This document shows, in pieces, positions 25,180 through 35,900 of a DNA stretch of 64,000 bases. The stretch lies in IMG/VR virus record IMGVR_UViG_3300030372_002776, one strand, 5' to 3'. The notes beneath the pieces were generated by a model. It saw only the letters and a program-made list of their open reading frames with translations, had not been told where the DNA came from and ran no database searches. Positions within the stretch are counted from its first letter, which is position 1. Each line of letters opens with the position of its first letter. The stretch comes from an uncultured virus (IMG/VR IMGVR_UViG_3300030372_002776) (lineage: Duplodnaviria > Heunggongvirae > Uroviricota > Caudoviricetes). Position numbers and translations under genes: made by a program.

Positions 25180-26030
25180 GATTTCTCCAAATGACTGTTT
25201 CGATGATAGCATATCCACATTAGATACACCCTTGGACTCCATCCGAAGATGAAGGCCAAGGGTATATCCAACGGTTTCGCGTTATCGCGTCCCATTGGAT
25301 ATACCCATCGACTATCCAAACCGCTACATGAATCCTCAGGAAGCTCGGCCTTCACGGTACGGTTGGAGGAGTAGAATGGTCGGCTATCGTACAAGCAGAC
25401 ACCTCCGGTCGCACCATCGGGAAAAACACCTTTGGTATAGCGGTGGTTGTAAGGTTTTCACTTACGCGAGATTCCATTTCGCCCGTTGTTCACGGTTCGA
25501 TTCTATAGCTTTTCGTAGATAACGTCGCTAGAGAATCCGGGTATGTTTGAGGGTATCGGCTTACGCGGCCCCGAAAAAAGCAGGCCCCGCGATACGTTCC
25601 CCGTGATACCTCGCGCCCTCTCGATAGCCCACGGATTAGAATCCGGGCTTTGGAAGGGCGCATCCCATAGGAACTCGCACTCGTTTGCATCTTCGCGCTG
25701 CCTCGGGGATGATGCCCCGGCACCCTCACGGGCGTTACTGCGCTAGCTGGCCTACAGCCACTCCACGCCGAAGCGCGGTCCTAGTGTTGCGGTCGGGTCG
25801 CCGGGCGATCATGCCCTTCATGACTTGTCCGATCCGCTTGTTTCGACACTAGACAACGATTGAGTCGAGGAAATCGGACATCATGCGCGATATCGACGTA
25901 ATTGAGAATGAGTCTCAATTGATCCAATATAGATAAAACAAAGTTGATAGGGGGGGTAACGGGGGTGCGGCTGGAACGCCGTGACAGCGGGGCCTCCTGT
26001 GTATTTGTGACCCCTAGTCGATTTTTTTTT
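25180..26030. other. GC-rich non-coding block, probable genome end / early control region
   Basis: No credible ORF; lies between the last late gene and the first early gene; contains inverted repeats and G tracts. Confidence 0.6.
25900..25920. promoter_or_regulatory. Fur-box-like palindromic operator
   Basis: AATTGAGA-ATGAG-TCTCAATT; core TGAGAAT-G-AGTCTCA fits a 7-1-7 Fur-type box. Confidence 0.45.
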
Positions 26031-26033
26031 GTA

Positions 26034-26237
26034 TTATCGTGGTATATTCTTAACGATTGAATACTGCTTATCGTCAAGTTTCTGTAATTTAGAGCTTATA
26101 TCTCTAATACGCCTATCATGCGATTCGATTTGCTTTTCATGCAAGCTAATCTTAGAGTATAGCCTAAGCATAAAACCTAAAATTCCTAAAACAATAGGAC
26201 CAGCAATACTAATTAAAATAGTAATTAAGTGTTCCAT
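26034..26237 (-). CDS. Small membrane protein (N-terminal TM plus coiled coil)
   Basis: 67 aa; SD GGGGAG. Confidence 0.65.
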   Translation of the reverse strand: MEHLITILISIAGPIVLGILGFMLRLYSKISLHEKQIESHDRRIRDISSKLQKLDDKQYSIVKNIPR

Positions 26238-26288
26238 CTAAATCTCCCCGTAACAAGTTGTAAACCCCCGATACCCCCCTTTAAATCC

Positions 26289-26861
26289 TTAGTCTACCTT
26301 CCACCCAGCAAGTAAAATAGCCAAATCCTTGCCATCAACAGCAGTATCTCCGTTAAAATCCCAAGGAGACACCAAAGTATAGTCTTCTTCGGGCCAAGGA
26401 GCATCAATAATCTTTGCTGGACCCCAATCTGAGAGCATATCAGCGAGATCGTCAGCATTAAATTCTGTTTTAATAATATAAAATTTAAAATTCCTTGGAC
26501 TCTTCACAGGATACGTCTGCATATCCTCGCCAGTAAATGGATGGAGGGGCAAAGTCTCACGACACCAGAGAACCTCTAGCTCGTCTCCTGAGCGTTCCCA
26601 CCAGTCAAAAGGTATCATGGGGTCATTTGGACTGCTGGAGAGCGCAGGGCCAGCTAGACGGCCCTCAGGAAGATCAAAGCAATACGAGAAACAAGGAAAC
26701 TTAGCCTCTTCCGTCATATGAAGCCGAGCAGTACCCTCAAATACGGTCCTTGGGCCTTCTTCGTATACATCGTACTCTAAAGACCACCCTTCCCCAGAAT
26801 CCCCCAAGGGAGCCAGAGACAACATCAACAGCAATACCGGAGCTAGTTTTAACATATACAA
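26289..26861 (-). CDS. Secreted protein with dockerin/EF-hand-like C-terminus
   Basis: Signal peptide; 'ADDLADMLSDWG' and 'DFNGDTAVDGKDLAILLAGW'. Confidence 0.7.
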   Translation of the reverse strand: MYMLKLAPVLLLMLSLAPLGDSGEGWSLEYDVYEEGPRTVFEGTARLHMTEEAKFPCFSYCFDLPEGRLAGPALSSSPNDPMIPFDWWERSGDELEVLWCRETLPLHPFTGEDMQTYPVKSPRNFKFYIIKTEFNADDLADMLSDWGPAKIIDAPWPEEDYTLVSPWDFNGDTAVDGKDLAILLAGWKVD

Positions 26862-26992
26862 TCCCTTTCATGGTTTATCCAACGAAATCAACAGCAATAG
26901 TCTATAGTTATTATACTATATTAATTACTCTATATAGGTATCTATAGATATCCTTAAGATACCCCTCTTCTATACCCAATTATTTATTAGTG

Positions 26993-29900
26993 TCACTTCT
27001 GAAGAAAATTCTCATTCTCCTCAAGAAAATCAGCAAGGTTCTCAGAGGCCCTAGAAGGCCCTCTAAGCGATTCTAGGGTTTCAGGGGCCTCGGGGGTCAT
27101 TTCAGCCTTCCGAGGGCTTCTGTAGAAGTCTCCGGTCTCTATGGAGAAGTTACGCTGAACTCTCTCTTTCATCTGCTGAGGAGTAGTCTTATCGATCTTA
27201 AGAGATCTCTCAAGATTTTCCTTATTTGCTTTCATTACTGTCATATCTTCCCTGAGGCTAGATTTCATAATATTATCAATATCTTTGATTTTACCCTTGG
27301 TTCTGCTTCTCTTAGTAAGATCTTGATATGGAGTCTCTGCAAATTGAAGTGTATCTAAATATTCTCTTAAAGCGTTTCCTTCTTTGATAATATCTGCGCT
27401 TTCAAATACACGGACAGGAAGAGCAAGGAATGAGTTGTTTAACATTCCATCAAGTTGAGCAGACTTGGTTAGAGCAGCGGCTGCATCCACACCGGATGTA
27501 TTATTCTCTCCTGTGATATAATCGTAAGTCTTGTTAAATCCTCTGGATATATCAGTAGCAGCCTTTGGAAGGGCCTCAAGACCGGGGACACCAAAAGGTG
27601 AGAATAAGTGCTGAGGAGTACTTCCGACCATCATTTGAACTCCGGCAACTCCGCCATCAATAATAGAATTAAATCTGCCTAGAGCAGGAATACCTTGAAT
27701 TGAGAGAGCAAGAAATCTAAGAGGGTCTTCTTCCATTTCCATTAGAATATCTTCTGGATCTCTGCCTCTAATCCATTGCCTAAAGGTCATAGCTACGGCG
27801 TTGGCAATACCTGCCATCATGAGGGTTCCAATTAGATACTTAGGTGAGGTTCTATTTCCATAGTTTGTAAAGACATTGTAATGGAATGCATTAATCCAAC
27901 CGAATAGAGAAGTAAGAAGTCTACCAATGGGGTGTCTGGATATAACACCAGTTCCCTTTGCAAGTCCTTGTGTTTCAGTAATTTCTCTAGTAATAACAAG
28001 TTGCTCAATCATGTAAGTAAGGGAATCAATTGCATCCTCTAGGACATCCGGATCAAGTCCGTCAACCTTCTTTTTATTTGTTCTAAGATCTAAAACAAAG
28101 TTATTAAGGCGCATAAAGTCAATCCTACCGCCCTCAACCTTAATTCCAGATTCCTTAAATGCCATACGAAGAGCGTTAATTGCATTTTTGTTTAAAAGGC
28201 CGTACTGAAGGAGTGGAGCAACCGTTTGATAGTCCATTCCTCCAACTTCTCTTGCTAGTCCCTTGATGTATTTTACAAGTTCTGCTTGCTTAGATCTATC
28301 AGTTGCGGCTTCTTCCTCAAGTTTTTTGATCTTATTACGAACTTCTTTAGTTTCTAACACATTAATAAGATCATCAATCTTGTTTCCTTGAAGAACTTTG
28401 ATAAACATTCTAGTATATTTTGGAGTAGCAATCATTCGGTTGGCATTAGTAACCTGTTGAAGGGAGCCAATTTCTCTTGCAAAATAAGCAAGATTACTTA
28501 CTCTTCTTTGAACAACCCCCATTGCTCCGGTATTAATTCTTTCTGGAACGCCTCCACCTGATGGCCCAAATAGTTTTTCCTTAAGGCTGGTGGTAAGCTC
28601 TACGCTTTCGTCTAAATCTGATAAAAACCTAGCTGAGTTGTTTCTATTTAATAAATCAAAAGCAAAAATAGTATCCGCAACTTCAATTCTATCTGCGGCT
28701 CGGTCAAATCTAAGATCTCCAAGTATATTCCTAATCATCAAAGCAGCATCTTTAATAATTTGAGTAGGATGCTGAGCATTGTTTATTCCTTGCCCTGATT
28801 TGACTAGAACAGTTTCAGTAAGAGCTAGAATACCAAATCCCCAACTAACTGCCGATGTAAGTAGATTTTGAGATAAAGTACCGGCATTTACTGATAGAGC
28901 GGAATAATTATCATCAATTTGTGAAATATGCTGAGAATACATGCTGTATTGTTCTTTAAGTTTTTCTACTCCGTTCTTAACGGACTTTACAAGCATATCA
29001 GTATCTTTGGAAGAGTGTCCTTCGTTTTCAATTCTATTAATTGCAATCTCTTCTGCTTCTGAGAGGAATTCATACATTCTAATTCCTTTAGATCCTAGAA
29101 GTCTATCTAGTTCTCTTTGGGAATGTAGTTCAAACAGTCTTCCATTCATAAAATCAAGGGTACTCATTGTTGGATTTATTTGCATATAATCTGAAAGAGT
29201 ACTGTCCATCATCATTTCTTCTGGAGTGATGTTCTGAATCCAAACGCCACTTCCTTTTTTAGCTGGATCTGCTAACCCAAGAATAGGTGTATTGTTTACT
29301 CCAATTTTTACCCCGCTGCCGTAAACTCCTCTTCCTAGCTTAAATGACATAAGCTCCATCATCTCTGCTTGGATAATGTCTGTGTTCTTAGAGGTCTTTA
29401 AAATACTAAGAATAGATGGAACATAATCAGTAACTTCTCCCTCTATAGCTTTTTTATATTTTGATCTGTCTGCAACTGACAATTCTTCAATCTTGTTAGG
29501 AATTTTTACAATTAAATATTCGTTTTCTTGCTTTACAACAAACCAATCTCTTCCTAAAGTTCCATATAATCTTTCGTTAGCTCCTACAGAATCAAGGGGA
29601 TTTGTTAAGCTTCTAACTAAGGTTAAGTTGTTTAAGCTATCTGCATCTAATTCAGTTTCAACAACTCTGCTTAAAAGATCTTTATTGTTTTTAATGGCCT
29701 GACCATCAATGTCTCTATCTTTTCTAAAGAGAGCCGATACAGGATCTGTGTCATCGAATGTGCTTGGTAACCACCCAAGTGCATACATAAGACTTCTATG
29801 AATAGTATCCCTTTCTTGAATACTCTTTCTTCTAACATTAGTCATTGCTTGAACAACTTCGTCTAAATTATCTTGAATTCTATTAGGATCAAGAGTTATT

Positions 29901-32900
29901 GGAACATATGTTTCAGGGTTTAGTTTATCCGACCCTTCAATTTCATTGATAAACTTCCAACCAGTCTCTTCTTGCAAATCAAAAATAGTTCTATATACAT
30001 CAGTAAGTTCGTTGTTATACTCTTCAAGAACAGGGAATAGTCTTTCTGCTAATTGATTTACTTTTTCTGAAGGAACCTCTGATTGTTCGATGGCCTTTAT
30101 TAAATCACCTTTATTTATTTTACCTTTATTTATTCTTGTATCATAAACGTACTTCATAACAGATGGATATGCTTTTTTAGAAAACTTAAGAACTCTAGCA
30201 TTTCTTTGTGTAAGTCTACCCATTCTTCGTTTAACTAACGAATCTGATTGCATCCATGTTTTAATTGGCCTTTTACCACCATTAATAAAGTGTCCAGTAT
30301 GGAGCTTTGTACTGTCTACAAACTTCGATAGTGCCATAAGAACGTCAACGTGGGAATAGATTGTATCTTTTAATCCATTACCAACTTGAGCAAACAAAAC
30401 TATATTGGTCATAGCTTTACGCCACCAGTTAGTTGAAGAAGAATCCTCTCCTCCAAAGATGGCTCCAATCAATCCCTGCGCTCTAACATATCTGTGGTTG
30501 TCACCACTTTTTTTGTTAAAGAATTTTCTAAGAATCGTTCTCTTTTTGCTTCCTCCACCAATTTCAGTCACTTCTCTTTGAGCGCGTTGTTGAGCAGTCT
30601 CAAAGGTTCTAGACCCTGTTACTGGATCATACTTCTCTGGAGCTAATGGAGAAAGGAAAGGAGACTTCTTTTCGTCTTTAAATTCTCTAGTAACAACCAT
30701 AGAGGCTGATTCGTAGATTTCATCAACTGTTTTTACTTTCTTTAATAGCCTAGCATTAACAGTTTCGCCTTTTACTTTCATATCAGCAATTCGTTGCTTA
30801 AGAACATCGTTTTCCATTCTTATCTCAAGAACTGTTTTCCAATAAAGCTTAACTCCCTCGTCTCCATAGTTAGCTAAGTTTTTATCCATAATCTTTTTAG
30901 TTTCAAGCAAGAATCCACCAACCAATGCAGATACTTTTTTATAAGAAGTAACATAATCTGGGAATAATTCAAGGAGCCTCGATACAAGTGAAATATCGGC
31001 ACCTAGATTATTTAGAAATCCATCATCAGACAAAATAAATGCTTCTATTTGATCTTGCAATGAATCTTGTTCTACATCACGAACACTAGATTCTGTTTCA
31101 GTAATTACTTCTTCTCGTACCTCTTCTCCGTTTTGAATTACATGATCATCCTTTTGATCTAATGGCTTTTCTGTACCATCTTCATTTTTAAACTTAGCTT
31201 CTTCATCAATTTTAATTGTATCTGTTTCAACTTTGCCTGTTGTAGTATGTACTTCATTTGATACGTTTGTTCTTGGAGTATCTGCTGGTAAAAATACAGT
31301 TGCTTCTTGTCCATCAATACGAACGACAGCATCAATACCGTGATTATCTTTTAAATACTTAACAAGAAAATCATATTCATCTTGTCTAGTAAATACAGAC
31401 TCAAGTTCTCTTAAGATTTGTATTGTATTTTTAAGGGTTGCCTTAAGAACAGGAACATCTACGTTTTCTGATAACAATAAGTTATTTGGAATAGAATCGA
31501 TTAAATCTTCTGTTTTTGTTACGGCTTCTTTAATCACTACAGGGTTATTGATCTTTACAGTAGAGCTTTCAATAACCGTTGTTTCTTTGCTTCCTGTTTC
31601 TTTTGTTTCAACGTCTGCTCTGTTAGCTTCTGCTTTTGGCTTATTAGTGGTTGCTATTTTTGTTTTTGTGGAAGGCTTTTTATTTGTCTTAACAGTATGT
31701 ACACCTAAGACTATAGTTTTACCTGACTCAGCTTTTTTAATTTCTTTGGTATTTCTTACAGTAGAACTAGAATCATCTGAAGTTATGGTTGTAGAAGCAG
31801 CTTCGTTTTGTTCTTTTACAGATACATCTAAGATGCCTGTAGAGGCTTCGTTTTCAATAGACTTAGTTGTCTCTTCTATCATTACCTCTTCTACAACAGC
31901 CTCAACCTTAGGTTCTGGTTTAGATTCAGGCTTAGGTTGTGATATTAGCTCTGGAGTTCTTTCAAAGTTTACTTCTATTTCGCCTGACTCTGAAAACTTC
32001 TTTCTGGCTCTTGTTCTAGCTCTTCCCACACTGCCGGGTTTAATTGGAGAATCTTGAAATACAGCATTGTATTGTTCTGATAATTCCTTTACAGTAACAC
32101 CAGATTGTTTTTTAAGTCCTTCTATTTCTTTTAATAAGCCCTTTAATTCTAATAACTCTTCTTCTGACGCGGTTTTTTTATTCTTCTTTGAAACCAGCCT
32201 TGCTTTTTCTGTGTTTAATTCTTCAATTTGAGATTTAACAGATGCAATTTCAAAGTCTTTTTTAATAAACCAAATATCTTTTTCGTTTAAATATCCTTCT
32301 TGTAACAAATCATCTAGTTTTGCAAATACAGTTTTTCTTACTGCCTCTCCTCGTTCAGCCCCTAATAGATTAAGAGCAGAAGGATCGGATACAGATGCTG
32401 CCGAAGGATCTTCTCCCATCGAACTAATAGTAGCTTTTTTAGTTCCGTCTTCCTGTTGCTTAAAGCCTTGTTCTTTTCTAACCCGATCAATAACTTTATT
32501 CTTAGATCCTCTAGCTAAAAAGTTAATAAGTTTTTTAGTACTAGTGGTTTGTGCTGGATCAGGATTAACTTTGCCCTCAGCCGCTCTAATGAATAAATCA
32601 TTAACTGCATCTTCTGCATCTTCTGGTCTTATTCTAGATGCTCTTAAAACAGCCTTAATAGAATTAAGGTTTTTTTCACTCGATAAGAATGTTACTACGT
32701 CTACTTGTCCATCTTCAGTTAAAGGAACAGCAGAGTCTTTAATTCCTTCTTCTTCCATTGATCTTGAAAGAGCAGCATCTTCTTTTCCTTTTTGAATAGC
32801 CTCTGAAGCTTTTTTAGCCGATACTAAGACTTGATCAGAAACCGCTTCTGTAGGATTGTTTTTGTTTTGGCTAACAACCTTTAAAGTATCGTCTAAAGCT

Positions 32901-35900
32901 ATTTTTGCAACAGCTTGTTCTGTACTAATAGTAGCTCTTTGTAGTTTTCCATCTTTAGACACAAGAGTTCCATTAAATAGCATTTCTTTCAGCTTATCAA
33001 ACGGCATTGAAATTAAATCTTCTTGTCCCTTTTTAACCTTAATAAGTTTAACAATATTTTCTAGTGTCGTGCCTTTTTTAAATGCATTTTCAACATCTAG
33101 AAGAACTTTAGCGGCTTCGGCATCAATTACAATCTTGCCACCGGGATCTGGCCGACCCGCTTTAACAGCACCGGCCCTATCCTTTAAATTATTTTCTGTA
33201 GCTATTTTCCATCCAGTAAAATCTATTTGTGTCATAGATGGGTTTAAGAATCTAATTAAATCAGAATCAATAAGAAAACCTAAATTTTGATCTATATTTT
33301 TTAATCCTGTTGCGTGTCTAAATGCGCCTAGTCTAGCTTCATCTACACCGTATTGTAGATTCTTTTGAATTATTACCATATCAGCGTCAACGGCTTTTTT
33401 AATTTCAGCATCTGTTTTATAAATAGAAGACCAATAAAGTTCAGCCTCAAATCTAAACGGATCTAAAACTACTCTTAATAAAGAAGAAGTATTAAGAAGA
33501 TCTTTAAGCCTGACATCAGAACCATCGATTTCATATAAAGGAATAAAATCTAATACTTCTATCAGCCCTGTATAGTTTTGTAGATATTCTTCTAGCTCCA
33601 TTATTTCTTTTTTAGATAAGCCTGATTCTCTAGCAAAATCTAAAATATTATTCATATCTGATACAAATTCATCCGTAGTTTTATAACCACTAGAGAATAC
33701 TTTCTCGGTAATTTCAAATAGTTTTTTTGGAACTCCGCTAAATCTATTTCTCATTTTAGAAGCTTCTTTTAGGAACGAAGGCATTTCTGATCTTCCCGCC
33801 ATAGCCCGTCTTGCGTTTAATTCAGTGCTTAAGTAATTGCCTGAAAATACAACTTGGCCGTCTGCTTCGTGCATAAAAGTAAATTCTTCTTCAATAAAAG
33901 ATCTTAGATCATCAAAATCATCAACAAACTTAGATAAATTATTGTCTAATCTTCTTCCAAACCCAGCTTGATAATCTAAATCTTCTACAGAATCTAAAAC
34001 TTGAGTCATTATCTTTAACATAATATTAGAAATAACTTCTTTTAAATCAGAAACCATTTTAATGAAATTATATCTTTGATTAGGATCTAGTCCAAGAGAT
34101 ACGGAATTAGCATAATCAATTAATCCTGATCTATCGTATCTATCAAATAAAACAATTTCAGTTAACTTAGCAAAGAATTCATCTTCATTACTCAAAAAGT
34201 ATCTTGATGAAGATTCTTCTTTTGGTCTTAATGCCGGTGTATCAAACAGTTTTTCATGTAAGTTTAAAAGAGCATCTTTGTATTTACCGTTTGAATACAT
34301 TCTAGAAATTTGTCTTCTAAGAGAAACAGGAAGAGAGTCGTGAAAAGCGTGACCTGCAATTTCATGTAAAAACAAAGAAATTTGATCTCTTGTGTTCATT
34401 TGTTTTAAAGACTCTAAATTAAAAATAACTTGAGTTTCTAAATCAGTATCTCCGCCTCTGTAATAATAAGCACCTTCAAGATTTTCTTGTGCAAATTCTT
34501 TTTCAGCTTTGATTTCTTCTTCTGTTTTAATTCCTTTTTTAGTTACAATTAACTCGCCTTTTTCGCTTCTGAATGTTAAGTTCTGTAAATACTTTGAGTT
34601 TTCGTTTGAAAATATTCCTCGTAAAACATACATAACATTCATAGAAATTACGTTGTTATTAACTAATGAATTTAAAGTATCAAGAAGAACTTCATGCCCT
34701 TTACTAATAGAAGCAAAATAAGCATCATCTGTCATAGACTTTTTAGCATGTGCTTTTTCTTTTTTAGTAAGCTTCTTAGTAGCATTAGACTGTCGTTTTT
34801 TTACTTTTGTTCTTTCAGCCTTGCTTGTAGTTTCTTTGAATGCGGCAGAATCTTCTCTATTCATTTTAATATGGGCTGAGACTACGCCTTCTCTTTGTTC
34901 TGTTGTTCTAATAGCTTCAGGTAAAGCAAGGGGTTCTTTTTCTAAATCAAGTCTTCCAGTAATAGCTCGCTCTCTTGCTTTTAAAGAATTTAAAAAGTTT
35001 ATATCTTCTGGAGAAGGGTCTGGTTTTTCTGCTATTCTTTTTTCAACCTGTTCTACGGCTGTTCTAAGTTTTTTAACAAATTTTTGTTTCTTACTTACAT
35101 CTTTAGTTTTAATGATATCAGATAGTTTATCATTTGGATTTTCTTTAGCTTCTGAAAGAACATATCTAGCTACTTCTGGGTCTCTATTATCTACAGCTTT
35201 AATTAAAGGGCTTCTGTCATCTTTTTCAACGTCTCTAGAAATATCTCGAACAGTCTGTTTTGCTTCTGCTTCATTTGCAGATTTCGATACAGAAAGTTCT
35301 TCTAGTAAAGGAGTTCCTTCTACATAAGACCGTCCAGCAGCAATCTGGGCTTCTGAAACATCAGTCAAAGAAGAAGATAGATTTCGGGCAGAATCAATAG
35401 ATGCATTTCGTGGTCTCATAAAGAATCCGGGCAATCCACCAATAGCTCCACCAAATACAGCACTTGCTGCCGTTGCCATTAGTAACCTACCATAGTCAAA
35501 ATCTCTATCAGAGTCGCTTACTCCTCCGTAAAGATTTGCTTCATTGATAATATTCTTTTGGGAGACAAGATCACTTACGCCTCCTTGGAATCCGCCTAAA
35601 ATTGCTCCCTTAACTCCAAAGTCTAAAACCTTATATCTCTTTAATGCATTTGCCTCTAGCTTAAACCCGGCTTGTACATACTTTGCAAATGCATTTGATT
35701 TACCTGCCTGTTGGAAAATACGAGCAGCGGCTACTCCTGTTTTTTTACGAAGGGCTTGTCTAGTAAAAGAATCTAAAGTTTCTTGTGTAAGTTCTTTACC
35801 AAGTTGTTTTGATATTGCTTTTAAAGATGCTTTTCCTACTGAAAACGCTCCTTTGACAGCAGTACCAATTCCTAATGTTGCTGGAAGGTCTGGGTCATTA

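Noticed and set aside
24605..25252. 215-aa plus-strand ORF and other plus-strand ORFs throughout
   Set aside because: Antisense shadows of minus-strand genes, with no recognisable motifs
25170..26077. Short ORFs in the GC-rich block
   Set aside because: No convincing SD or protein-like composition; expected by chance at high GC
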